From Octopus sinensis (taxonomy: Eukaryota): DNA of 64,000 bases. The DNA lies in the NCBI RefSeq assembly GCF_006345805.1, contig NC_042998.1:54746001-54810000 (forward strand), in the 5' to 3' direction. The notes beneath the pieces were generated by a model. The model saw nothing but the letters and a program-made list of their open reading frames with translations. It made no database searches and was not told where the DNA came from. This document shows positions 12,906 through 25,140 of the stretch, one piece after another (position 1 is the stretch's first letter; each line of letters begins with the position of its first letter). The translations under genes and the position numbers were made by a program.

Positions 12906-13383
12906 GTTGTGGCGGTGATGATGATGATGAAGAAGAAGTTGAAGAAGAAGAAGAAGACTACTACTATACAACCAGTAATATACAGGAAATTAATTCAGTT
13001 GACTGTTCTTGAAAGTTCTGGCTTTATGGCTTAATACAGAGACCATCTTCATTGGTTTCTATATTAAATCCTTTAATCATCTTGCATGAATGTGCAAGTT
13101 TCTATCTGGTCACTCACCATAGCTAGAAATGGCAACCAACTCTTCCTTAAACAACTCTGAAACTTCTTAAAAAAAGGTAAACACTGTGAATGGAAAAAGG
13201 TCAGGATAACAATTGTGAAATGCCTTTGACCAAAGATCTGCTCAATTATGCTAAATAGTTACACCCTTCTTTCAGTCTACATATCCCAATATTACATTAT
13301 ATTTATTTTGAAAGCATGTACTGGGTTTTTTTCTCTCCTTTTGTATTGATATTAATAAAACTCTTTTTTTTTTCTCATTTTAG

Positions 13384-13447
13384 GGGAAGTGTTTTAATTG
13401 GAGAATTGAACAAAGAAAAGAATTTGGTAGAATATAAAAACGATACT
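13384..13447 (+). CDS. TSEN54: TSEN54 coding exon 3 (GSVLIGELNKEKNLVEYKNDT)
   Basis: T-rich acceptor ...catttttag, donor GTAAGT, 64 nt, phase 2-0. Corresponds to the GSLVAAEW...VELKSPA segment. Confidence 0.9.
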
Positions 13448-13789
13448 GTAAGTATTGCATTTTTAATTATGCGCTCTGCCATCAATCTTTCCATCCGACA
13501 TATCCTACTCTCCCAAAATTAGATACCACTTTTTATTTTTCTTAGCTGGTGTCATTTGATTCTATTATTTATTGTTCTGGTATGCCAGAAGTACTGAAGC
13601 TAGGAAAGTTGAAGTGCTGGCCTTATTTAACTCCGGCTTTAATTCAAGGCTGGCTTTAGTATTCAACACTGATTCAACACTCATATCATTTTCATTTTTG
13701 TGATCAAATATTGATTTCAAATTTTGGCACAAGGCCAGCAATTTCAGGGGAGGGGTAAGTCGATTACATCAACCCCAGGGATGATGATT

Positions 13790-14065
13790 ATCATCATCGT
13801 CGTTTAACATCTTTTGTTCCATGCTGGCATGGGTTGGACAGTTTGACAGGAGCTGGCCAGGTAGAAGATTGCACCATACTTCTGTGTCTGTGTCTGGGAT
13901 GGCTTTTATGGCTGGATGCCCTTTCTTAACACCAACCACCCTACAGAGTAGGCTGAGTGCTTTTTACATGGCACCAGCACAGGCGAGGTCTATTTTTGCA
14001 TGGTTTTTACAGCTGGATGCCCTTCCAAATGCCAGTCACTTGACAGTGTGGACTGGATGCTTTTT
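13790..14065 (-). mobile_element. RTE 3' UTR fragment
   Basis: catcatcgtcgtttaacatc...ccatgctggcatgggttggac. Confidence 0.8.
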
Positions 14066-14869
14066 GGTGGTCCCTTAACTGATCATCTGATAATTATTTT
14101 ATTGACTCCAAAAGATGAAAGGTGAAGCCAGTCTTGGCGGAACTTGAACTTGGAACTTAAAGACAGATTTAATACTACTAAGCATTTTGTTTGGCATATC
14201 AGCTATTCTGCTAACTTGCTGCCTTGCTATTTGTGATCAAATATTATTGTCAATTATTATTAAATGAAAAGTAAACTGAATTCCTTCAATGATATTTTCT
14301 ATATATATACAACCGTATCCACTCTTTTGCTCACCTACTTTGAGAGTTGGCCTTGGCCCCCATCAATACCATCTTCTTTATCTTTGTCTTCCCTATTATT
14401 ACTACTCAACCTTATAATGTGAGGTGGCCATATATCTCCTCTTTTTATAATGTGGGATAGCAATGTATCTCCTGTATAGCAAGACACTTTTTCTTGTACT
14501 TCTATCATACTTTAACCTTTCATAATCTGGCATAAAGCTACCTCTCTTTTCTAATACTAGTCCCCTCTTAGTCATTTCCCTTTCCTGTTCTTTTCTATTT
14601 TGCAACTTACTTTTGTGACCCCTCTACTGCAGAATGCATGAAAGAAAAATCACTTAGTGTATACTGTAAAGTGATTAGTGTTAGGAAGGGTATCCAGTCG
14701 AAAAAATAATGCCAAAGCTGACAGATCCTGTCAAACCTTCCAACCCCTGCCTGCATGGAAAATGAATGCTAGATGATGATCATGATGATGATTTAAATTA
14801 AATTTATGTCGAAATTAGCTATTTATGAGGCTTATATTCAAGTTTTGCTGGTTTTTCTTGTGATTTCAG

Positions 14870-14953
14870 AGAAAATTCTGGTTTACAATGGGATTTGTTG
14901 ATGAAAAGAGAAGATGGCTATACCCTGAAGAAGCTCTTTTTCTAATGGAAGCA
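14870..14953 (+). CDS. TSEN54: TSEN54 coding exon 4 (RKFWFTMGFVDEKRRWLYPEEALFLMEA)
   Basis: Acceptor gatttcag, donor GTAAGT, 84 nt, phase 0-0. Contains the diagnostic KFWxTMG...LxPEEALxL motif. Confidence 0.96.
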
Positions 14954-15799
14954 GTAAGTACATTTAAATACATCTGTAATAGAATTTATTTATTGCAGAA
15001 TGTTAAAGTTTAAGTCAATCTTACTTCTAGCTTGCCTAAACCATTTACTTCCTAAGAAGAATAAACCATTGACAACTTTTCTTCACTCTTCTCCACTTCT
15101 CTGCAGTTGGAGCACCACTTTCTTGCAGCTTTTTTTCATATTTTGCTTCACCATGTCATGTTTCCCTGAGGGATGGTCTTCCTCTCCCAGGTCTTGATGC
15201 TTTTGAATAGGTCATCATTTTCAACACTTCTGTGATTTAGCTTTTTATTAGGTAGGGATGTTGGCTCGCATAAAATGATATACTCATGCTAGTGTTGAGT
15301 AAAATGCACTTGTGCCAGTGCCATGTCAAACACACCCATACTGGTAGCTCATCAAAAACACCCAGATTACTCTGTGCAATGGTTGGCATTATGAAGGGCA
15401 TCCAGCCGTAGAAACCATGCTAAAACAAGCAATTGGAGCCTGGCCAGCTCGCAAATTGTCCAGCCTATAGCAGCATAGAAAACGGACATTAAATGATGAT
15501 AATGATGAAGAGGTGATCTTTATTAGTCTGGCCTCTATCCTTTGACCTTTGTAACCCTACCAAAAGCTCGCAGTCAGTCCACTAGCATAGCTTTCAGGAT
15601 CATCGCAGCACATGAACAGAACCTTGTGGTGAAGCCTGGACAGATCTCCTGTTGACCAGCTCCTGTAAAACCGTCCAACCCATGCCACCCTGAAAAATGG
15701 ACGTTAAATGACGATGGTGAAGAGGCGGTCCTTATAAGTTGGTTTCTATCCTTTGACCTGTCCAGCATGGGAGGCTTTACATACTACTACAAGAACAGA

Positions 15800-16030
15800 A
15801 CCTTGTGGCAGAATCATTAGCATGCCGGGCGAAATGCTTAGCGGTATTTCGTCTGCCGTTACGTTCTGAGCTCAAATTCCGCCAAAGTCTACTTTGCCTT
15901 TCATCCTTTCGGGGGCGATAAATTAAGGACCAGTTACGCACTGGGGTCGATATAATCGACTTAATCCGTCTGCCTGTCCTTGTTTGTCTCCCCTGTGTTT
16001 AGCTCCTTGTGGGTAGTAAAGAAATAGGTA
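15800..16030 (+). mobile_element. tRNA-derived SINE, family C
   Basis: Head tggcagaatcattagc...gagctcaaattcc and central gcctttcatcctttcggggNcgataaattaagtaccag. The central part resembles my recollection of the MetaSINE domain. Confidence 0.8.
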
Positions 16031-16469
16031 AGTTAACCTTACAAAGTTTGAATAATTTTTTTTAAAAAAAGGTATTTATCCTTTATTATTGGCATACTCT
16101 CACTAGTAGCATAGATTTTTATCAACTCCTAGAAAGGAGACAGAAGCATTACTCATGGAAATATTACATCGAAAATTATTTCTAACAGCTTTATTAATAT
16201 CTTATTCAATGTTTAATCACTTAAACATCATATCAGCCTTCTCATCTAATCAACTGTGAAATTTAAATTGTAGTTTTTTTGTTTAAAAAAAAAAAAGAAA
16301 AAGACTACATATCTTGTACAGTACATTTCATATATTACCTCACGTGGAAAAATGTGGTCCTAAGAAAACTTAGATGCATTCATTTGAAAAATATTAATCC
16401 ATAATTTTTTTCTTTCTCACTGAACAGAGAAGGAACAGAGAAGACAACCGAATGGTTGTATGGTGAAGT

Positions 16470-17600
16470 ATGGTGAAAGCGGCGTGCGATAAGACTAGTC
16501 GCTGCTCTAAAATAGAACACTGCCCAGAAAATCACACCTGCCACATCTGTACGGAACCCGAAAATACGTTCCGTAATCGCTGGGTCGAATGTGGGACATG
16601 TCTCATCTCTGTCTGCCTCCAATGTGCCACGGACTTTCAGAAGATCCCAGGCCAAAAAAAGAGCCATCATAATGCTATGATGGATAGACTCTGGAAGATG
16701 GTTCAGCTTAAATCTTGGACTTTTCAGTGTCAGGCCTGCGTGCCTCCACAACCGACGATTGTGTCTCCCTCTGCCACTCCCGTGGAGGAGGCGGAACAGC
16801 AACAGCAGCAACAACAAAATCAACCACAACCAGAGCAGCAGCAACAACAAAATCAACCACAACCAGAGCAGCAGCAACAACAACATCAACAACAACAACA
16901 GCAACAACAAAATCAACCACAACCAGAGCAACAGCAGCAACAACAACAACACCAATTGACCAGTGCGGTTCTTGCAGAACTGCAACAATCGATCTGTGCT
17001 TTAAAAGGGGAAGTAGCAGGAATAAAAGCAACCATTCAGGTTGGACTCCACAATGAGGGGTCTTATCGGAATGCTCTGCTAAAGAACCTCCCTGTACCTG
17101 TACCTCTTGTCGCATTTAAGGCCGCAGATTCTGCCACCATGAAGTCATTGCCATTGGGGTGCCAGAAGACATGGCTGATCTTCAGGCTTTTGCTGCCAAC
17201 TCAGCCAAAGACCTAGGCTGCGTTCCCCCAACGGATGCTATCCGCCTTGGACGACCTGGCCCAAAACTAGGCTCATCAAGTTGTCTTTTACGGACCCCAC
17301 TGAGGCAACCTCTTACCATCTGGCCTCAGTTAAAGCTGGGCGGGAAAATCGGACCACCTTCCGAACACGCCCAGGCTTACCGTCCAATGTACGTCCGAAG
17401 CTACGTGTAGTGGCTTCCCTGAATAGGAACTCAGCTCTACAGGAAAGCTTCAGTCTTCGGGAAGATGGACAAATCTGGAGATTTGTCAAGACTGCTGAAA
17501 CGTGGAAGAGAGATACCAGCTGGTCTGAGTGCTCTCTACCCACAATAACTAAAAAGACTACAGCAACTCAGGGAAACTAAGCCAGAACAACCTGCCATCC
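16470..17600 (+). pseudogene. CR1 ORF1 (PHD-like finger, Q-rich repeats), frameshifted after about 17130
   Basis: CHIC...CGTC-x4-C-x2-C...CQAC, then (QQQQQNQPQPE)n and LAELQQSICALKGEV. Continuation is split over several frames. Confidence 0.75.
16795..16955 (+). repeat. 33-bp coding minisatellite (QQQQQNQPQPE) inside CR1 ORF1
   Basis: cagcagcaacaacaaaatcaaccacaaccagag repeated three times with CAA/CAG runs. Confidence 0.9.
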
Positions 17601-17629
17601 TCTACACACCATCATAAACTGCGAGCAGG

Positions 17630-20393
17630 GTACAAATTGTTGTCCTTAAATGCTCGCAGTTTATGCAACAAAATACATTTGTTCAACGCCTACGTCAGAA
17701 GTGTTGACCCTGACTTCATCACTGTCACGGAAACATGGGCGCATTCCTTACTCTGTGATGGGGTTTTCAACATTACGGGGTACAACCTCTTCCGTAAGGA
17801 CCGCACTAACCGCCGTGGTGGTGGTGTGATGGTCTACGTTCGTTCAAATTTTTTGGTAATTCCTTGTGGCCGATTTGAACGAATCACAAGAAGAAGTTTT
17901 TTTCTGTGACGTGCGTATGACCATGTCAACACTCCTGCTTGGCGTTGTTTATCGTCCCCCAAGTTACCATCGGGACACACAGCTTTGCAATGTCCTCCGA
18001 GCTGCTGCCAGGAAAACAGCCACTTATGTGTTTATTGCAGGCGATTTCAATCATCCTGAGATCGATTGGGAGACCTTCCATTGGCCACAGAGTGCAAACG
18101 ATTTTGTTGAGCTTGTGCTGGACTCAAACTGGTCACAAGTAGTCACCTCTCCAACAAGAGGCGACAACCTGCTCTTCACCACAATCCTGAAGCGGTTATC
18201 AATTGCACTACGGAGGAACCTCTAGGTGACTCTGATCATGCTATGATCATCGCCAATCTGGCTCTTGCGGGCAACAAAAACCTGAACCATCTCCAATCTG
18301 CTTCCTTCGATTGGAAGAGAGCAGATTGGAACCTGTACCACACTGAACTACAGTACCCAAACTGGCGTGAATTCTACAACTCTGGAGATGTGAATACTAT
18401 ACTCCAGAGTATCCTGGACTCAATATGGGCAGCATGTGCAGCATCAGTGCCACGTAAACAAAAAAAGAAGAACCGCCCTAAAAGGGCAATTTGGGAAACT
18501 TCAGCGGTCCGACTTGCCAGGAGGGAACGTCGGACTGCTGAACGGGAATACAGGTTGCATAAATCAGACACCAACAGGAAGAAGCGGAATAAATCCTCCA
18601 ACCATCTCAAGCAAGTGACAAAAAAAGCAGTGCTTGAATTTGAACAGTGCATAGCAGCCAATCCTGACAGCAAGGTTTTCTGGAAATATGTGCACTCAAA
18701 GCAGAGACCTCACTCTCCAGTGGGCCCTCTTCGCAACCCTCACACAAACCAGATCACTGACGACCCCAAGGAATGCGCAGAACTCATTGCCGAGTGCTAT
18801 GCAAACATATTCACTGTTGAAAGTCAAAATGTACCATCTTCACCATCACTAACAGCAAACTCCATAACAACTATGGAATTTACACCTGCAATGCTGCGAC
18901 GTCACCTTCAAAATAAGCGCAACTATGCCTCCCCTGGTCTCGATGGAGTTACATACCTGCTTCTCAAACGTGGCAGGCACTTCCTTTTACACCAGCTTTC
19001 TATTTTCTTCCAGTACTGTCTCAACAATGGTGCTACTCCGGAGCAGTGGAAAACTGCCAGTGTCATTCCTCTGTTCAAAAAGGGCGACCGCACATCACCT
19101 GTCAACTATCGCCCAGTCAGTCTCACTAGCTGTATTGCAAAACTGATGGAATCGTGTGTCAGAGAAACACTCTAGAATTTCTGGAGCTCTCACAGTCTCA
19201 TCCGACCCTCACAATATGGATTTGTCCCTAACTCCAACTGCAGTGACCAGCTTGTCGAGTTCCTTGAGGACATTACTCAGATTACTGACAGTGGCTCATG
19301 GGTGGATGTTGTCTACCTTGACTTTGCTAAGGCTTTCAACTCTGTGCCACACAAAAGGCTTATGGTGAAACTCTCTGCAATGGGTGTGGGGGATGACCTT
19401 TTTAACTGGTTGAAATCCTTCATCCTCAGCCGAAAGGAGGTAGTCACAGTTCTAGGACAGCACTCTACACCATATGAGATGTCATCGGGTGTACCACAGG
19501 GATCTGTCCTTGGCCCCCTCTTGTTTGTGGCATACATTAACGACATAGATGCCAATTTAAAGAATGCCACAGTATTGAAATATGCAGACGACATCAAGCT
19601 GTACCTTGAAATCAAGAGGACAGATCCTGATGTCTACAACTCTTTCCTGCAATCAGACCTAGACACAATGCAGCAATGGATCACAGACTGGCAACTGAAA
19701 CTGGCTGTGGACAAGTGTACCACCATGCATTTTGGGAGAAAAAACCTTGCGTTCACATACTCCCTCCACAACACTGATATCAAGAAATCCTCTTGCGAGC
19801 GTGACCTAGGCATCACTGTCAGCAGTGATCTGCGTTGGTCAAAGCATATCTCTAAGATTGTCAGGAAGGCCGAGGGTGTCTTGGCATCACTCAGCAGGTC
19901 TTTTGTTAGCCGCTCTCCAGCCATCTATTTAAAACTGTATACAGCTATGGTACGACCACACTTGGAATTCGCATCATCAGTTTGGAACCCCTATCTTGCA
20001 CAGAACATTGACCTCCTGGAATCTGTCCAGAGACGTGCAACCAAACGCATACCCTCCATCAGACACCTACCATATTCTGAGCGCCTTGTTTCCCTGGGCA
20101 TGGATTCACTGAAGCTCCGGCGTTTGGCGACGGACTTGGTAAACACCCACAAAGTTATCAACCACCTCACCAACAACAACACTGAACACCTTTTTGATCT
20201 CCATGTGTCTAACACACGTGGACATGCCTACAAAGTCAGAAAACAATACAGCTCCCATGACTTTCGGAAACATTTTTTCACGCTCAGAGTTGCTGAAGCA
20301 TGGAATAAACTGCCTGCGTCAGTTGTTGACTGCCATGACACTGCATCTTTTAAGGCCCTCATGCTTTCCGAAATCCGCCGAAACTTCACCTGA
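17630..20393 (+). pseudogene. CR1 ORF2 endonuclease/reverse transcriptase
   Basis: ORF pieces 17637-17909, 17866-18225, 18243-19175 and 19302-20393. Two frameshifts plus one in-frame TAG at 19173 (18243 and 19302 share a frame). Confidence 0.93.
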
Positions 20394-21262
20394 TTATATA
20401 TACACTTTAGATGAGTTGTAGTGCACCTGAGCACTGTACACAATTATTATTATTATTATTATTATTTCCGAAATTTTCTTATTTTGCCTAATTTACTCGT
20501 CTTTCTGACCTTTAAATGCAAGGGAAGCAACTTATTTTTCTGAGATTGCCTCCCTTGTATTTGTTGTGTCGCTTCAACTCGGCTTTCATTAAAACGGCTT
20601 AAGATCAACAATCTTTTACCGCAAGCATAATTATCTATAACTATATTATCTATTATGAGCTCTTATTTAATGGAAATTTGACTGCCATTTCTAGCCGGAC
20701 CAATGACCACAAAGATGCTCTCTTATTGGCTTTTCTGTTTGTATCATGAAAACGTAATATGAAGTGATAAGCAAAAACCATTAGAGTCAGTATATTGAGA
20801 AAGCTTCTTTGATTAATTAGCTCCTTTGACTTCATTACAAGTTAAATGTTTCGTGTAAATTTCTCTTGAGTTGTTAAGAACTTTATTATAAGTTCATTAT
20901 AGCTGATTTTAAGGAGGTAGTTCTTTGCAAAATGCTGTCTCATATTCATAACCTTGCTCTTTTGGTACACATTTAATATTTGTATTCACACCTAAATAAT
21001 TTTTATATTTGTACAGGTGTGCATTTGATATATCATTAAGAGGGATTTTTTTTACAGCCAATATCTTTAATGTGAAATAAAAGACTGATCTCTTGATTAC
21101 GTAGATGAAGGCAAAAAGAGTAAGTCTCTTGCCTTGAGACACAAACGGAAATATACGTCTTCAATTCTTTCTGCATTACAAAAACATGATACTTCATACA
21201 TTAATGGAATAACAGCAGCAATCAATCCTTTAATCTTCTACTCTTCTGCTCAAACAACTCTT

Positions 21263-21556
21263 GGACAGGCTTACAAAATCAAAACAACAACATAGCACTC
21301 ATGACTTTCGCAAACGTTTTTTCAGGCTCAGAATTCTTGAAGCATGGAATAAACTACTTGCATTAGTTGTTAGCTGTTGAGGCAGTAGATCCTTCAAAAC
21401 TTCCATGCTTCCTGAAATTCACCAACAATGCACATTTTTTTTTACAACAACTTATTTACTGTTCACTTCCTGTACATGTTCTGTTTACTATTTATGCAGT
21501 TTTGATTACTTTTTCTGATGAGTTGTATTGCACCTAAGCACTGTATACAATAAGTT
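21263..21556 (+). mobile_element. Older 3' fragment of the same CR1 family
   Basis: Matches 20220-20445 (catgactttcgcaaacg...gcatggaataaact...tgatgagttgtattgcacctaagcactgta). Confidence 0.8.
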
Positions 21557-22807
21557 CATAATTGTATCTACATAATTTAGTACTTGTAATTTCTTATCCA
21601 ATGAAGAACATTATCAAGACATCAGACTTCTTCCCTTGCTCATGGCAAATTAACTTACTCTATTTTGTAAATTTTTCCTATTGCCTATTTGTAGACACAG
21701 ACTATCACAGCTTTTCTTAGATGTTAGTTTCACAATAGCATTTTAATCTTTAACCACTTGGTCATTAGTCTCCCATGTATTCTTTCAAAAATACCTCAGT
21801 CTATCAACTCAATATGTTTTTTCATCTTTAATGCCCTGAGATGATTCAATTACCTACTTAGTGATAAAACTCTTTCTTCTCTTTCTTCAAGTCTTAATTA
21901 TTAAAGTGCTACTAATCTTATGCTTTCGAAAATAATCCTATGTTGAACCTTATTATGATTAATAATTGTTTAAATATACTTTTAAATGGCCATTTACATA
22001 TGTGATTTGATATAAATACATCATGATTTACAGCACAGCAGTATTCATCCACATATAACATCCCTTATAATGCACAACATATATTGGAGGGAGATGAAAA
22101 TTGTCCCCAGCAGCAGATAGAAAGCTAGATATATTTCTGTCTTGTTGAGCAGAGTCAATAGATTGTACTCAAAGCCATTTTAGAGAAAATTTGTCATCAC
22201 TGATGTATAGGAAAATAACGAATAAATATTCACTGGTGTTGCAAATAGCCACCTAGCTGATTAAAAATCTGTTATCTACATCAGAAGCAGTATTAAATTT
22301 AAATAGTCATCTGCATATCAAACTTAATGTAATTACATCATGGAAGGCAAATTTACTGTGATATTCACCCCGAGATAATATTTTTTATGGATGTGTTTGT
22401 TGTGTTTAAAAGCACAATATATATTAGAGGGAGACAAAACTCATCCCTGTAACAGATAGTGAGAATACTAACTATATTTCTGCTTTGTTGAACATTGTCA
22501 ATAGTGTGTACTCAATGCCAATTACATGCTTAGAGAAAATTTGCTATCATTGATATATAGGAAAACTATAAATAAATATTCACTGGTATTACAAATGATT
22601 GTCTGGCAGAATAAAAGTTCTTTGAAAATTACAATTATACAAACTGAAAATCTGCTGTTACAGAAAATATGCTTTTTTCTGAATAAGGCATTTTAAGTAT
22701 GAGGGGGAAAAGAAAAATAGATGTCTATTTTTAATTTGGTGTGAGCAAAACCTATCTTTACCATTTGTAATGGACAGAGCTGCACAGAAGTTTGAACTAT
22801 TATTTAA

Positions 22808-23028
22808 CCCTTTCATTACTGTATTTATTTTGAGATGTTCTGTGTTGCTTTCAATTGCTTTAGATATAACAAAGAATTTTGTAAAATAACTTAGTTATCA
22901 TTAAGCTAGTATTAGGAGCATAAATTGTGACTAAGGTTTGGTGGAAGATTTTAATTCAAAACTTATGAAAACAAGACATTTGTACTATAGAGCCAGAGCC
23001 GGTTTCATCCGGGCTGGTAACAAAAGGG
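22808..23028. mobile_element. piggyBac-like MITE
   Basis: TTAA|CCCTTTCATTAC ... GTAACAAAAGGG|TTAA. Confidence 0.75.
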
Positions 23029-23372
23029 TTAAAGTTACAGATAATTTGAAAACAGGCAGAAGAGCCTTAGTTTACAAAGAACAAGTCTAAAGCATCTTGA
23101 AGTTCATTTATGTATGCATCTTGGTTGCACACTTTATTTGCTGTACTCAACCACCTCTACTCTGTCCTGAAGAAAAGTCCCATCTTCATTGCACTTGGTC
23201 AACCTGAAGCTGTTGTGAAAAATTTGTAAGTTGTTGATTACATGACAAGGAATAAGTAACTGTAACAACAATATTTTACAAAGCATACAAGTTATATCAT
23301 ACAAGCCTTAAAACTATGCAGTTGCTGTATGAAAATCAAAGATGCACAAGAACCAACATTTTTATGCTAAGA

Positions 23373-24217
23373 CTAGCAGAATTGCCCGGCGTTGCTCGGG
23401 GCTGAATTGCTTGAAAGTACTGTTAATGATTGCACTGAATTATGATGATTATTCAGGCAAATATTGATATAAGCTTACGGTGGGAGATAAGGACTTAACG
23501 ATCAAACGTGTGCCATTGCATTGTTTTGGGGGAACCAAATTTCTGATGAGCATTATAGGGGCACCAACTTTAAGTTTGAGAAAGTGTGGTGGTAGTCCGG
23601 GGTGCTCAAAGGAATTGAGTACCTCTATTGGATAGTTGATGACGTCCTCTGGGTCAGGAGTTGTATCGATAGACTGATATACATAGACTTCCCCAGGAAT
23701 GAGTTTTAGCATTTCATCATTAATATGGTGAACAGTTTTATTCCTCGGGGCCAGTATAGCCTTTTTGCCAATCCAATCCATATTCTGATAATTAGCTTGT
23801 AGATCTGGGAACACTGCATCTCTGAGATCAGAAGGCGTCTTAACAATGGTACAAATGGAATCGATGGCAATATTACCATTTTCATCCCCTGGTATTTTGC
23901 CTTCGCCAAGTGCAAGGAGGGTGTGAGGAAATGCTGCTGATGTGATATTACGTCGCATATGAGCACGCATATTGGTGTGAAGTTTGAGAGTTACTTCCGT
24001 TTATTTATAAAAATATGCATTAAAATGGAAAAAAATGATGGTAAATTATTTGTAAAATCATAGACTCATCGTAGACGCGCGCTAATACCCAAAAGAGCTC
24101 GATATGAATCACGACTATAAGATACCCGGTTTTGGTTAAACTACATCGCAAAATGTGGGAGTAGTTAGGAATCTAAATCGGAGTAGACAGACACACAACC
24201 TTTCTTTTATATATAAA
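23373..24217 (-). mobile_element. Internally deleted Helitron with PIF1-helicase fragment
   Basis: Minus-strand 3' end is hairpin cccgagcaacgccggg plus CTAG|T. 5' end is (t)ttatatataaaagaaaggttgtgtgtctgtc. ORF 23449-23970 reads TNMR...AILAPRN...LNS...GLPPHxLxLKVGAPIMLIRNL...CNGTRL. Confidence 0.9.
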
Positions 24218-24702
24218 TATTTTCGTCCTAAAAAACTTTGTATGGATTGAATGGTTACCTCTATGGAAATATATACACGCACATTATACATACATGTGTG
24301 TATAGATGAATATAAATACATTTAAATATCTATATACACTTTTGGGCGATCTTTCTGTTTCTTAGAGATAACTTTAGATCTTATTTTCGTGCTAAAAAAC
24401 TTTGTATGGAGTGAATGGTTACCTCTATGGAAATATATACACACACGTTATACATACATGTGTGCATAGATGAATATATAAATACATTTATATATCTATA
24501 TACACTTTTGGGCGATCTCTGTGCTACTTAGAGATAACTTTAGATCTTATTTTCGTCCTAAAAAACTTTGTGCGGAGTGAATGGTTACGTGTATGGAAAT
24601 ATATACACACACATTATACATACATCTGTGTATAGATGAATATATAAATACATTTAAATATCTATATACATTTGGGCGATCTTTCTGCTACTTGGATATA
24701 GG
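24218..24702 (+). repeat. About 165-bp tandem repeat, 3 copies
   Basis: Units start tattttcgt(c/g)ctaaaaaactttg at 24218, 24382 and 24548. A fourth unit resumes after the MITE at about 25150. Confidence 0.9.
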
Positions 24703-25140
24703 GGCAATGTTTCGCTTGTCGTAGCACACGTTTCCGTCGATTTCCGTAAAAAATGTAAACACTGAATCGGCCATACATACATACATACACACACACATAC
24801 ATACACACACACACACACATACATGCATACATACATATACACATAAACCGAGTAAAAAATTTCAGTTATCTCTCTCTTTCACACATTACTCTCTCTGTCT
24901 CTTCACACACACTAACAGAAGCACTTCACTTACACAACATACTGTCTGTCTCCCACACTCCATCAAACACACACACACACATGTACATCAATGCGTCCCA
25001 TGCACGGTAACTTCAAAAGAACTTCCCTCGTCATACAATCGCTTTCTCTTAGTCTCTTTCGCTCTCATTACTTATGTAAAAAAATAAGTTTTTTTACGGA
25101 AATCGACGGAAACCTGTGCTACGACAAGCGAAACATCGCC
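24703..25140. mobile_element. MITE with GGC(A/G)A termini and 8-bp TSD (Merlin-like)
   Basis: About 50-bp TIRs ggcaatgtttcgcttgtcgtagcac...ttccgtcgatttccgtaaaaaa. TSD GATATAGG at 24695-24702 and 25141-25148. Confidence 0.85.

Larger units (their letters stand above)
16400..20466 (+). mobile_element. Near full-length CR1-clade LINE (disrupted)
   Basis: ORF1 from 16470 with Cys-rich finger, poly-Q and coiled coil. ORF2 has APE (LSLNARSL, TETW, AGDFN, SDH) and RT (YLDFAKAF, GVPQGSVLGPLLF, YADD), ending at 20393. Short 3' UTR with stem-loop and (ATT)n tail at 20445-20466. Confidence 0.95.

Noticed and set aside
16380-17115. Long minus-strand and alternative-frame ORFs (poly-L, poly-V, poly-T)
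   Set aside because: Shadows of the CAA/CAG minisatellite in CR1 ORF1.
23100-23236. Short open frame ending at a GTAAGT donor; similar orphan frames at 27340-27430, 26480-26530 (-) and 41885-41935 (-)
   Set aside because: TSEN54 exons 4 and 5 already join contiguously by homology, and no partner exons or homology were found. Expected by chance.
24218-24702. CRISPR-like or other prokaryotic array
   Set aside because: Whole units are repeated with no unique spacers, and the context is eukaryotic.
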